Assembly: GCA_965205975.1 (NCBI GenBank)
Contig: OZ242195.1
Coordinates: forward strand, 5,408,001 to 5,472,000
DNA length: 64,000 bases
Source of the DNA: Candidatus Latescibacterota bacterium
GTDB lineage: Bacteria; Latescibacterota; UBA2968
Direction: 5' to 3'
The first letter of the stretch is position 1; every line of letters begins with the position of its first letter. Both the position numbers and the translations under genes were made by a program. The notes beneath the pieces are model-generated. The model saw only the letters and a program-made list of their open reading frames with translations. It ran no database searches and was not told the DNA's origin. Below are positions 20,201 through 29,407 of this stretch, one piece after another.

Positions 20201-20342
20201 AAAAAAAGCTCCAGGGTCAAGGGGCTGGGGATAAGCTCTCAGTCCATCCAGGGTAATAACTGAAAGCACCTAAACAATACCAATACTGCTTCTAACTGTC
20301 AAGTTATCATCAAAACATACTATGCCAGGATGAGATACAGAT

Positions 20343-22064
20343 ATGAACCTCAGCCCACTAACACTTCGCAGATTATGCGATGAATTGCAGCCTCAGATTG
20401 ACCATCGTCTGATCCGCGATGTGTACCTCGTAGGTCGGCACGATCTGTTTTTGCATCTGGGCGATGCAGGGGACCTCTTGCTTTCCTCACATCCAGGTCG
20501 AAGTTGTCTGATGCTGACCCAGCCGCCTATCGACGCCCAGCGTGTGCGCATCCCCTGGGCGGATCGCTATTTGCGCGGTGCGGGTATTATTGGCATTGAA
20601 CATGTTCCCCACGAACGCATTGTGCATCTCGTGGTTCGCAAGCGCGACCGCATTGGCACAGCTACCGATTCTCGCATTATATGCGAGTTGATCAACAGGT
20701 ATGCCAATGTTGTTCTCGTAGATATGAAAACCGAACGAATTCTGGGAGCGCTCAGGTCCATTCGCACGCGTCAGAACCGCGTGCGAGAAATATCCCCGGG
20801 AAAGATCTATCAGCCGCCGCCAGCACTTGACCGCATGCCACCGGAAAGCGCGAAGTTTTCTTTTTTGATCGATATTCCCCAGGATATGCGCGCAAACGCG
20901 CTTGTGCAACATATTGCGGGGCTTGATCTTATATCCGCACGCGAATTGCTTCATATTGCTGGTTTTGTGGAAAAACGCCGGCTTTCCGCCAGCGATCTCG
21001 CAAATTTTGAAGAGATTATTCGCACCTTTTTTGCGAATCCGCCATTTTGTGACGGGGGCCTGCGCGTGCGCGAAGGGGATAATCACAACGCGATTTGTGC
21101 TCTTGATGTTCGGCATACGCAGATAGAACAAGCGTACAGTACGCTCAGCGAAGCCATATCGGATGTTGTGGCGTGTGAAGTTCAGGCTGAAGCACTTAAA
21201 GGCCGACAGAAAAATATCGAGAAGGATGTGAAAAAACGCCTGACTGTCTGCGAGCGGAAAATTGCGCGGATCCGCGCAGATATCAACGATGCGAGCAATG
21301 CAGATTTGTATGAAAAGATGGGGAATGTACTGATGTGCCACATCGCACAGATTCCTCCGAATATCGATACTATCACGTTGCCCGATGTGTTTAGTCCATC
21401 CAGTGGGGATATGGTTATTCCCCTCAATCCGCGGCGCACGGCTTCGGAAAATGCCAGTGCGTATCTCAAGCGGGCACGGAAAGCGAGAAAAGGCGTGCCT
21501 ATTCTCGCCAAACGCCTCGTGACCGCGCAGAGGGAGAAAGATGAAATCCAGCAGTACATAGATCGCCTCAATACTGTCCGTTCAGAAGCTGAGTTTGATG
21601 AGATACGACAGGAATTGGAAGACGCACGTCTGATCAAAGCGCCAAAAAAGAGACCGCAAGTCAGGTCTAAACGCCAGAGCGGCGATATTCATCCCAGACG
21701 GTATCGCACACAAGATGGTTGGCGCGTGCTGGTGGGGCGGAATAATGCGGAAAATGACAGGCTTACCAAAAGTTCAGGCCGCGACGATCTCTTTTTGCAT
21801 GTTCACGGATGTCCGGGATCCCATGTGATTCTCAAACGCGATGGCAGAGCGGACCGCCCTTCTCGAAAAACACTTGAAGAAGCGGCCAGTCTGGCGGCTT
21901 ACTGGAGCAAAGCGCGGGGTGCCCAAAGTGTGCCGGTCAATTATACGGAGGTGCGCTATGTGCAAAAGCCGCGCGGGGCACCGCCGGGCCTGGTGACTAT
22001 TCGCAACGAAAAAACTGTGATGGTCTCGCCTCGTGAACTCAAGCGCGAGGATGAGTATTCGTAA
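20343..22064 (+). CDS. NFACT / RqcH-family ribosome quality control protein
   Basis: ERIV...ELINRYANVVL N-domain; coiled coil; VGRNNAEND, HVHGCPGSHVIL and AAYWSK of the NFACT-R domain. Confidence 0.9.
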   Translation: MNLSPLTLRRLCDELQPQIDHRLIRDVYLVGRHDLFLHLGDAGDLLLSSHPGRSCLMLTQPPIDAQRVRIPWADRYLRGAGIIGIEHVPHERIVHLVVRKRDRIGTATDSRIICELINRYANVVLVDMKTERILGALRSIRTRQNRVREISPGKIYQPPPALDRMPPESAKFSFLIDIPQDMRANALVQHIAGLDLISARELLHIAGFVEKRRLSASDLANFEEIIRTFFANPPFCDGGLRVREGDNHNAICALDVRHTQIEQAYSTLSEAISDVVACEVQAEALKGRQKNIEKDVKKRLTVCERKIARIRADINDASNADLYEKMGNVLMCHIAQIPPNIDTITLPDVFSPSSGDMVIPLNPRRTASENASAYLKRARKARKGVPILAKRLVTAQREKDEIQQYIDRLNTVRSEAEFDEIRQELEDARLIKAPKKRPQVRSKRQSGDIHPRRYRTQDGWRVLVGRNNAENDRLTKSSGRDDLFLHVHGCPGSHVILKRDGRADRPSRKTLEEAASLAAYWSKARGAQSVPVNYTEVRYVQKPRGAPPGLVTIRNEKTVMVSPRELKREDEYS

Positions 22065-22092
22065 ATTTTTATATCTTTTCAAGGGAGATATT

Positions 22093-22824
22093 GTGTCGAG
22101 AAAGAAGGTGTTGATTACAGGTGCAGCAGGGCGAATTGGCGTGGTGCTTACAGATGGTTTGCACGAGCGGTATCAACTGCGAGTGCTTTACAATCGCACG
22201 ATTTTAGATCAGAAGTATGACGAGGAAGTGATGGTGGGGAATATCACGGATCTGGAGAAGATGGAAGAGGCAGTGGATGGAATGGATGCGGTGGTTCACA
22301 TGGCGGGCAATCCGTCGGGTGGTGCGACGTTTGAAGAAACAGTTGAGGCGAATATTATTGGTACCTACAATATTTACGAGGCGTGCAAGCGCAGGGGGGT
22401 GAAGCGGGTGATTTTTGCCAGTACAAATCACGTTACGGGCATGTATGAAAAGAAGGGACCGATTTACACGACCTGGGAAATGCCCGTGCGTCCCGATAGT
22501 TATTACGGTGCGAGCAAAGCGTATGGCGAAGCGTTGGGACGGTATTATGTCGATGCGTATGGCCTGTCTGTAATTTGCCATCGCATCGGGTCTTTTCAGC
22601 CCGTTTCTTCTGTCCTCAAACGGGGTAGTGACCGCATTTTATCGACCTGGTTGAGTTATAAGGATACGGTGCAACTGACCTGGCGAAGTATTGAGGCATC
22701 GAAGAAAATTGATTTTGCGATTTATTACGGGATTTCGGGCAATACGCGAGCGTATTGGGATCTTCAGAATGCGCGTGAAGAGATCGGATATGATCCCGTG
22801 GATAATGCTGAGGATTATGTGTAG
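22093..22824 (+). CDS. NAD-dependent epimerase/dehydrogenase (uronate dehydrogenase-like)
   Basis: ITGAAGRIG, FASTNH, YYGASK and RIGS; GTG 22093 after GGGAG. Confidence 0.85.
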   Translation: MSRKKVLITGAAGRIGVVLTDGLHERYQLRVLYNRTILDQKYDEEVMVGNITDLEKMEEAVDGMDAVVHMAGNPSGGATFEETVEANIIGTYNIYEACKRRGVKRVIFASTNHVTGMYEKKGPIYTTWEMPVRPDSYYGASKAYGEALGRYYVDAYGLSVICHRIGSFQPVSSVLKRGSDRILSTWLSYKDTVQLTWRSIEASKKIDFAIYYGISGNTRAYWDLQNAREEIGYDPVDNAEDYV

Positions 22825-22835
22825 CGAGAAATGCT

Positions 22836-22871
22836 AAAAACCGCCGATTGCTCAAGATCGGCGGTTTTTTT
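22836..22871. terminator. Bidirectional intrinsic terminator
   Basis: AAAAACCGCCGAT...ATCGGCGGTTTTTTT. Confidence 0.8.
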
Positions 22872-23751
22872 ATGCGAGGCCGTGCATGCGTTTGGCAGAT
22901 GTTATGGTGTTGTACAGGAGCATGGTGATGGTCATGGGACCAACGCCGCCCGGGACGGGTGTGATGGCGTGCGCTTTTTTGCTGATGGCTTTGTAATCGA
23001 CATCGCCAACGAGGCGATAGCCCGCTTTTTTGGATTTGTCGGGTACTCGGTTGACGCCGATGTCGATGACGACTGTGCCATCCTGTACCATGTCGGCTGT
23101 GACGGTATTGGGATGCCCTGTTACCACTATGAGGATATCGGCCTGACGGGTGAAGTGGCCGAGGTCGCGCGTGCCTGTATGGCATAAGGTGACGGTGGCA
23201 TTTGTGGCTTTTTGCGAGAGGATATTGGCGAGGGGGCGGCCCACCAGGGTGCTGCGCCCCACGATGACGACGTGTTTGCCGGCGACTTCGAAGTTGCCGC
23301 GTTTGAGGATTTGTTGAACGCCGTGCGGCGTGCATGGCAAAAAGCCTTCTTCGCCGCGCATGAGGCGACCGAGGTTGACCGGGTGGAGACCATCTACATC
23401 TTTGTCGGGTGAGAGGCTGTTGAGGACGGTTTGTTCGTCAAAGCCTTCGGGCAGGGGAAGTTGAACGAGGATGCCGTGAATGGCGGGATCGTCGTTGAGT
23501 TGTTCAATGGTGCCGAGGAGGTCGGATTCGGGCTGGTCGGCTGTCAGGGTGTGTTCGATAGAATATATGCCGATGTCTGCACATGCTTTGCGTTTGCCTT
23601 TGATGTAGGATATGGATGCAGGATCGTCGCCGACGAGTACGACTGCGAGGCCAGGGGTGAGGTTGTGATTTGTTTTGAGATTTTTGACTTCTTCAGCCAT
23701 TTCAGCGCGCATGGTTTGGGACAGGTCTGTGCCGTTTATGATTTTTGCCAT
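22870..23751 (-). CDS. folD: Bifunctional methylene-THF dehydrogenase / cyclohydrolase
   Basis: PGLAVVLVGDDPAS, HGILVQLPLP, KDVDG, PCTP and ITPVPGGVGPMT. Confidence 0.97.
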   Translation of the reverse strand: MAKIINGTDLSQTMRAEMAEEVKNLKTNHNLTPGLAVVLVGDDPASISYIKGKRKACADIGIYSIEHTLTADQPESDLLGTIEQLNDDPAIHGILVQLPLPEGFDEQTVLNSLSPDKDVDGLHPVNLGRLMRGEEGFLPCTPHGVQQILKRGNFEVAGKHVVIVGRSTLVGRPLANILSQKATNATVTLCHTGTRDLGHFTRQADILIVVTGHPNTVTADMVQDGTVVIDIGVNRVPDKSKKAGYRLVGDVDYKAISKKAHAITPVPGGVGPMTITMLLYNTITSAKRMHGLA

Positions 23752-23782
23752 GGTCGCTTTCTCCCATGTGAATGCCCAAAAT

Positions 23783-23823
23783 AAAAATACGCCCGGGCGA
23801 TGTGATTGTTTTCTGCCCAGGCG
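23783..23823 (-). terminator. Riboswitch expression-platform terminator upstream of folD
   Basis: On the minus strand CGCCTGGGC pairs with GCCCGGGCG, followed by TATTTTT; the 5' arm overlaps the aptamer 3' end. Confidence 0.75.
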
Positions 23824-23889
23824 GTCGGCGTGTGATATAGTCCAGTGCTTCCTCGTGGTTATTTCCACTTTTCCGCCAGTTACACTGGA
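23814..23889 (-). ncRNA. ZMP/ZTP (pfl) riboswitch
   Basis: Minus strand reads TCCAGTGTAACTGGCGGAAAAGTGG...CCACGAGGAAGCACTGGA...CGCCGACCGCCTGGGCA, with P1 TCCAGTG/CACTGGA, a TGGCG/CGCC pseudoknot and the conserved 3' motif; it sits upstream of folD. Confidence 0.92.
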
Positions 23890-23955
23890 AATTTCTGTAA
23901 ATTTAAAGGATTTGGGCAGATAGTCCAAATTTTTTTGGTTACCAGCCCACATTTT

Positions 23956-25365
23956 TTAAAGGGAAATCGGATACTCGAAATCTCTTTCCATTGTTTCGGG
24001 GAGTTGATAGACGTTGCCTTTTTTGTCGGAGAAGTAAAGGCAGGATTTGGATGCTTGTCGCGCATTGCCGTCAGCCCACAGGGCGTAGAAGTCGGGATGT
24101 GCATTGACGGGGCTTCGGGCATAGGTGTGGTTGCGGGTGCTGTTTTGCGTGAGTTGTTTGACGCGCCTCCACGTTTGTCCTTTGCGTTCCCACATTGCCA
24201 TTTCCCCACCGGGATTGTAGGGTTGTGGTCCGGTTTCTGTGGGGGCGATAACGCGCCAGGTGCCGTCTGCTTCGAGGTAGAGGGATCCCATGTCGTAGTT
24301 GCTGTCGGATATGGTGATGGGGTGGGCGTGCCAGTCGCTCCCGGTCCATTGTAATAGGGTCCAGGTGCGCGGGCTATTTCCCGGGCCAGATTCATAACCT
24401 TTGCTGGTGATGATGAGGATGACGGGTTTGCCCTGTGGATCGAGGCGAATGTCTTTGAGATAGACTTTTAATCCTTCGGCTGCGTAATCGCGCACGAGGG
24501 CGTTGTTGTGTGGGGTTGTGAGCGGAACTTCAATGGGTTCTCCGGCTGCATTTTGCCAGGTTTGTCCAAAGTCGGGGGTTTCGAGATAGTAGAGGTTGGT
24601 GCGCCAGTTGAGACCGTGAGGGTCGGGGTGGTAGTTAAAGGCTGTGACGGCTTTGTGGTTGGAGCATATACTGATTTGATAATGTCCTTTTTCGATGGCT
24701 GCGAGGCGCGTCCATTCAGACCATTTGACGCCGTTGGGGCTGGTCGTGAAGAAGAGGGTGCGGTCGGCTGGATCTTTGTAGCGCGTGACAAAGTTGATGA
24801 AGCCGCGATCTGGTAAGTGCCAGGCTTGCATGTAGGAGAAGTTGTCCATGGGGCGTTCTTCGCCATTGAGGCGATAGGTCGCGTCAATTTGGTCAAATTT
24901 GTCAATGGTGTAGGGTTTTGCGCTTCGGTGGATATATGAGGGGCGCGATAAGCCGTGTGCGGTTGAGAAGATCCATATATAGCCGTCGTCGTCTATGGAT
25001 ATGACGGGATTGTCGTGGGCATCTGCTGTGTTTTTGTCGAGGAGGATGGTCGGACGGGGAACCTGTTGGGTTTTGTGGTCGAAGTAGGAGATCATGTGCA
25101 GGAGAAAACCGTTGCGATTGCGCGCGAAAGATCGGTCGCCATTGAGGTCTGCTTCTGTGTGTTTGAGATGTGCGTCAAGAGGCGTGCCACCGTAACAGAA
25201 GAAGGTTTTGTCAACTTCGGGACGGTACACGGCAAAGGGGCGATGTTTGGCACAGTAAGTGCCCAATCCACCGCTGTATTTGTACACGTATTCATCGCCG
25301 GATGGCTGATTGTAATACCATATCCCGCGATAGCCCGTGTCTTTTTGGTTTAAGGTGAGGGTCAT
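23956..25365 (-). CDS. BNR-repeat (BNR_4-like) beta-propeller protein
   Basis: DAHDNPVISIDDDGYIWIF; Asp-box-like TSPNGVKW and TPDFGQTW. Confidence 0.75.
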   Translation of the reverse strand: MTLTLNQKDTGYRGIWYYNQPSGDEYVYKYSGGLGTYCAKHRPFAVYRPEVDKTFFCYGGTPLDAHLKHTEADLNGDRSFARNRNGFLLHMISYFDHKTQQVPRPTILLDKNTADAHDNPVISIDDDGYIWIFSTAHGLSRPSYIHRSAKPYTIDKFDQIDATYRLNGEERPMDNFSYMQAWHLPDRGFINFVTRYKDPADRTLFFTTSPNGVKWSEWTRLAAIEKGHYQISICSNHKAVTAFNYHPDPHGLNWRTNLYYLETPDFGQTWQNAAGEPIEVPLTTPHNNALVRDYAAEGLKVYLKDIRLDPQGKPVILIITSKGYESGPGNSPRTWTLLQWTGSDWHAHPITISDSNYDMGSLYLEADGTWRVIAPTETGPQPYNPGGEMAMWERKGQTWRRVKQLTQNSTRNHTYARSPVNAHPDFYALWADGNARQASKSCLYFSDKKGNVYQLPETMERDFEYPISL

Positions 25366-25524
25366 GTTTTCTCCTTTGTATGAAATTTGAAGATGGTAAA
25401 AAAAGGGAAAAAGAAATTCGCGTCAAGTTTCTTGACAAAGTTCGGTTTCATGGCTTCATTGAAAAAATAATATGCCATGTAGAGGCGGTGCCCCCGTGCC
25501 CTCCCTCCCTTAGAAAGGATTATT

Positions 25525-26277
25525 ATGTCGAATCCCACGATTGATGTGCTGATGTCGCACAGGAGTATTCGGAGGTTTGAAGATCGGCCGTTGCCCGATG
25601 GCGTGTTGGAGACTCTGATTCGGTGTGGGCAGCAGGCGAGTACGTCGAGCAATTTGCAGGCTTATACGGTGATTCATGTGGCTGATCCCGGGCGCAAGAA
25701 GAAGTTGGCCGAGTTGTGTGCCGATCAGGTGCAAATTCATCAGAGTGCGGCTTTTTTGGCTTTTTGTGCGGATTTGCATCGGGATTGGATGGCGAATCAG
25801 ATGCACGGGGTTGAGCGGTTTGATGGGGATTATGTCGAGGCGTTGATGATTGCGACGGTGGATGTCGCGCTGATGATGCAGAATGTGGCGATTGCAGCGG
25901 AGTCTATGGGGTTGGGCATTTGTATGATTGGGGCGATGCGGAATAATCCAAAGGCTGTGGGTGAATTGCTCGGTTTGCCGCCTTATGTCGTGGCTGTGTC
26001 TGGTTTTTGTATTGGATATCCGGCGCAGGAGCCAGAGGTGAAACCGCGTTTGCCCGTCAATGCGGTGTTGCATCGGGAGCGTTATCTGGATGACGAGACG
26101 CATCGCGCGATTATGAAGGATTACGATCAGAAGATGGTGGAATTTTATGCGTCACAGGGAATGCACGAAGGAGACCAGCGCTGGACGACGGTGGTGGGAG
26201 GGCGTACCGGGCAATTTCATGTGCGTGAGGAATTGGACGAATTTTTGACGGCGCAGGGGTTTAAGTTGCGGCGGTGA
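25525..26277 (+). CDS. NfrA/NfsA-like NADPH-dependent nitroreductase
   Basis: HRSIRRF, ASTSSNLQAY, AESMGLGICMIGAMRN and KPRLP. Confidence 0.92.
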   Translation: MSNPTIDVLMSHRSIRRFEDRPLPDGVLETLIRCGQQASTSSNLQAYTVIHVADPGRKKKLAELCADQVQIHQSAAFLAFCADLHRDWMANQMHGVERFDGDYVEALMIATVDVALMMQNVAIAAESMGLGICMIGAMRNNPKAVGELLGLPPYVVAVSGFCIGYPAQEPEVKPRLPVNAVLHRERYLDDETHRAIMKDYDQKMVEFYASQGMHEGDQRWTTVVGGRTGQFHVREELDEFLTAQGFKLRR

Positions 26278-26282
26278 AGGGA

Positions 26283-26375
26283 CTCACACGAAGGCGCAAA
26301 GGGATATTTGGGACTTTGTAGTTTTGTGTGGGAATATTCTTTATATTTTAGTTTCGGTTAGTGTCTTTGTGTGAG
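26283..26375. repeat. Cluster of CTCACAC(A/G)AAG-type short repeats (one plus copy, two minus copies)
   Basis: The reverse complement of 26362-26375 is CTCACACAAAGACA, identical to 44712-44725. Confidence 0.55.
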
Positions 26376-26383
26376 AATATACC

Positions 26384-27241
26384 ATGAGCAATGTCATTGA
26401 AGAAATTGATCGGCTGAAAAGAGAGTTGGACGCATTGCGCCCATTGCCTCCTGATGTCCTCGCGCGGATAGAACAAAAGCTCCGAATTGAGTCGAACTAC
26501 CACTCCAATGCCGTAGAAGGCAATAGCCTGACGCTCGGAGAAACGAGAAGTCTAATCCTCCATGGGCTTACTGCTCACGGGAAGCCTATGCGCGATCATC
26601 TGGACATTGAAGGGCATGATGAGGCGATAAAGGCGATGGAGGATGCAGTAAAAAGAAATGAATTGCTTAACGAGGTCTTTATCCGAAATCTTCATAAAGT
26701 ACTGTTGAAGGAGCCGTACGAAAACGACGCGATAACGCCAGATGGACAGTCTGTGAAACGGCGCATTGCTATCGGAGAGTATAAGACACAGCCAAATAAC
26801 GTGCGGACTTCTACGGGAGAGATTTATTATTTTACACCGCCGGATCAAGTGAAACCGGCGATGGGCGATCTCATAGATTGGTATAGAAAGCAAGAAGATG
26901 AGGGCGAGCATCCGATTATCATAGCTGCTACGTTTCACTACCGTTTTATCCGTATTCACCCTTTTGATGATGGTAATGGTCGTATGGCGCGGCTTTTGAT
27001 GAATATGATTTTGATCAAGCACGGATACACGGTGGCTGTAGTCCCTGTTGAGGAGAGAGATCAATATATCGGGATGCTGGAGCAAGCGGATAAGACCGAA
27101 GATTTGGCCGATTTTATCACCTATATTGCACATTGTTGCAAATATGCCCTGAATCTATACCTAAAAGCCGCTCGTGGAGAGGATATTGAAGATATGGAGG
27201 ACATAGATAAAGAGATTGCACTCTTCAAATCTCGACTCTAA
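26384..27241 (+). CDS. Fic-family protein (class II, N-terminal autoinhibitory helix)
   Basis: Canonical HPFDDGNGRMAR motif and inhibitory SNAVEGN motif. Confidence 0.93.
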   Translation: MSNVIEEIDRLKRELDALRPLPPDVLARIEQKLRIESNYHSNAVEGNSLTLGETRSLILHGLTAHGKPMRDHLDIEGHDEAIKAMEDAVKRNELLNEVFIRNLHKVLLKEPYENDAITPDGQSVKRRIAIGEYKTQPNNVRTSTGEIYYFTPPDQVKPAMGDLIDWYRKQEDEGEHPIIIAATFHYRFIRIHPFDDGNGRMARLLMNMILIKHGYTVAVVPVEERDQYIGMLEQADKTEDLADFITYIAHCCKYALNLYLKAARGEDIEDMEDIDKEIALFKSRL

Positions 27242-27321
27242 AAAAGAAGCTATGTGGGGCAAGATCTGGATGTGCTCAAGAAGATGTTTAACGGAATGAT
27301 ACAGTAAAAAAGGAAACAATT

Positions 27322-27540
27322 ATGAATGTGACGGATATACTCGAAAAAGCTCAATTTGTCGTGGATGCTGGTGGCGAAAAAAAATCGGTGCTGCTTGACT
27401 ACACGACTTGGGAAGCGTTGCTGATCTTACTGGAAGACTTGGAAGATGCAGAGGAGATTCACCATTTTCGCGACGCAGATGAAGAAATAATTCCCTGGGA
27501 ACAGGCCAAAGTAGAACTACAAGTAGATCGCTCATTTTGA
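27322..27540 (+). CDS. Small antitoxin-like protein
   Basis: AAGGA SD; QFVVDAGGEKKSVLL...LEDLEDAEEI...IPWEQAK; paralog of the next gene. Confidence 0.7.
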   Translation: MNVTDILEKAQFVVDAGGEKKSVLLDYTTWEALLILLEDLEDAEEIHHFRDADEEIIPWEQAKVELQVDRSF

Positions 27541-27607
27541 AAAGCGCTTGACCAGATTTCAGGCGTGTATTATATACGCCGATATAAGTTTGAAAAGGAG
27601 ACTGATT

Positions 27608-27925
27608 ATGAGTGTACCTGAACTACTCGAAAAAGCCCAATTTGTTGTAGATGCCAGCGGCGAAAAAAAATCGGTGCTGCTTGACTACGCGGCTTGGGAG
27701 GCTTTACTGACCTTATTGGATGACTTGGAAGATATAGAAGATATGCGCCATCTTCGCGACCCAGATGAAAAAGTGATTGCTTGGAAACAGGCAAAAGCGG
27801 AGCTGAGATTGAATGACGAACCATCGCGCCCTTTTGGGTTGTGCGCTGGGGAGTTCTCAGTGCCTGATGATTTCGACGATCCATTGCCGGAGTATGTGAT
27901 TGAAGAATTTGAAGGTAAAAAATAA
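27608..27925 (+). CDS. Antitoxin-like protein with a DUF2281/VapB-like C-terminus
   Basis: AAGGAG SD; N-terminus nearly duplicates the previous gene; tail RPFGLCAGEFSVPDDFDDPLP is typical of VapB-type antitoxins. Confidence 0.72.
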   Translation: MSVPELLEKAQFVVDASGEKKSVLLDYAAWEALLTLLDDLEDIEDMRHLRDPDEKVIAWKQAKAELRLNDEPSRPFGLCAGEFSVPDDFDDPLPEYVIEEFEGKK

Positions 27926-27958
27926 ATGAGGCTTCTGCTAGATACTCACATCTTCCTC
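27926..27958 (+). pseudogene. Truncated VapC (PIN-domain toxin) remnant
   Basis: ATG immediately after the antitoxin stop reads MRLLLDTHIFL, the classic PIN N-terminus; PIN-like sequence is then lost and the frame stops at 28075. Confidence 0.75.
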
Positions 27959-28034
27959 ACGAGAATGGTACACAGCGAGGTCGTCTTCAACACACTCATA
28001 CAAGTTTGGAAATTACCACTACAAAGGAGAAAAA

Positions 28035-28688
28035 ATGAAAGTGCTGGTTTTGTCAGGGCCGAACCATCGGTTTGATGCAAGTGCTGAGGTTATCAATGGG
28101 TTTTTGGGCGCTCAGGACGATTTGTCTGTGGCGCTTGAAGACAATAAGGATGTGCTGACTTCAGACTCTTTGAACGATTTTGATGTGCTGGTACACGGTA
28201 CGGGATTTACGCGCACAGAGCGGGATGCGGATGGGACGGTGAATCGCTTGCCGGATTTGACGCCTGAGCAAGAAGAGGGATTGTTCGATTTTGTGGCGGG
28301 TGGCAAAGGTCTGGTGGGTATTCACGGTACGGCATGGTGGATTGGCGGGCGAGCGGTGGATTTGATCGGCGGGCACGCAAACTGGCATCCGCCGGGATTG
28401 ACGTTCACCGTGAATATTGCGGATGACGCGCACCCCATTACACAGGGGGTTGATGATTTTGAAGTGGAAGACGAGATTTATATGTCGGCATGGGATCCCG
28501 CCGTTCATATTTTGGCAACCGCGGATTGGAGCGATAAGCAGCATCCTATGGCGTGGGTGAAGGGTTATGGCGAAGGACGGGTATTTTACACGACTCTGGG
28601 ACACGGGCCAGGTACATTTGAGCGGGCAGGGATGCAGCGACTGGTGACGCAGGGCGTGAGGTGGGCTGGAGGAACTCGTGATGCTTAG
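28035..28688 (+). CDS. ThuA-domain (class I glutamine amidotransferase-like) protein
   Basis: GGKGLVGIH, HPIT, DEIY, PMAW and GRVFYTTLGH. Confidence 0.88.
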   Translation: MKVLVLSGPNHRFDASAEVINGFLGAQDDLSVALEDNKDVLTSDSLNDFDVLVHGTGFTRTERDADGTVNRLPDLTPEQEEGLFDFVAGGKGLVGIHGTAWWIGGRAVDLIGGHANWHPPGLTFTVNIADDAHPITQGVDDFEVEDEIYMSAWDPAVHILATADWSDKQHPMAWVKGYGEGRVFYTTLGHGPGTFERAGMQRLVTQGVRWAGGTRDA

Positions 28689-29331
28689 ATTTGCCGAAGA
28701 ACTCTTGCTTCTGACACTCGACGATGAAAATGGGAGATTTGCTCGCGTGCCAGACCGGCTAATGCGGTACGCGCTCGCCGGTGGTGTGTTGATGGATTTG
28801 GCGCTGGAGAATCGGATTGACACGGATCTCAAAAATTTGATCCTCGTCGATTCGACTCCGGTTCAGGATAGCTTGCTCGATCCGACGCTCGCGGATATTG
28901 CCCAGGCGGACGATACTAAAGATGCGCGATTTTGGGTGGAGCGCACCGCGCTTCGCGCCGATACGATTCGAGAAGTGGCACTCAATCGGCTCGTAGAACA
29001 GGGTATTCTCAAGCGCGAAGAGGACCGGTTCATGTGGGTATTCCAGGCGCGGCGCTATCCCATTATCGACAATACAGCCGAGCGCGAGGTCAAGCTGAGG
29101 ATTATGGAGGTGTTGTTCAGCGACCAGATCCCCGGTCCGCGCGATGTCGTGATTATTGGTCTGGCGCATGCGTGCGATATATTTAAGGAGATTCTGTCCG
29201 CACGAGAACTGGCGCGTGTTTCAGATCGCATCGACCAGGTGCGAAAGCTGGATTTGATCGGTCAGGCTATGTCGCAGGCGATTACAGATATCGAGCTATC
29301 CCTCGCCCTCGCCGTGCAGATGATGCCGTAA
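28681..29331 (+). CDS. GPP34 / GOLPH3-family protein
   Basis: FAEELLLLTLDD, LAGGVLMDLALENRI and LVEQGILKRE...RRYP. Confidence 0.85.
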   Translation: MLRFAEELLLLTLDDENGRFARVPDRLMRYALAGGVLMDLALENRIDTDLKNLILVDSTPVQDSLLDPTLADIAQADDTKDARFWVERTALRADTIREVALNRLVEQGILKREEDRFMWVFQARRYPIIDNTAEREVKLRIMEVLFSDQIPGPRDVVIIGLAHACDIFKEILSARELARVSDRIDQVRKLDLIGQAMSQAITDIELSLALAVQMMP

Positions 29332-29366
29332 GAAGTGGGAAGGGTGAAGTGTGAAGGACGAAGTGA
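29332..29366 (+). repeat. Heptameric tandem repeat (GAAGNNN)x5
   Basis: GAAGTGG GAAGGGT GAAGTGT GAAGGAC GAAGTGA; a related x3 array lies at about 46700-46720. Confidence 0.65.
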
Positions 29367-29397
29367 AAAGCCGCCTTGTTGAAGGGCGGCTTTTTTT
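29366..29397. terminator. Bidirectional intrinsic terminator
   Basis: AAAAGCCGCCTT...AGGGCGGCTTTTTTT. Confidence 0.8.
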
Positions 29398-29407
29398 GCG
29401 GTGCGTT

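Noticed and set aside
20201..20240. Attenuator hairpin before the ClpX-like gene
   Set aside because: The stem is weak, and the same CTGGAGCTTTT-ATG context precedes recJ, so it is best read as an SD plus spacer
23752..23952. N-terminal extension of FolD
   Set aside because: This stretch is the ZMP/ZTP riboswitch leader; an SD precedes ATG 23751
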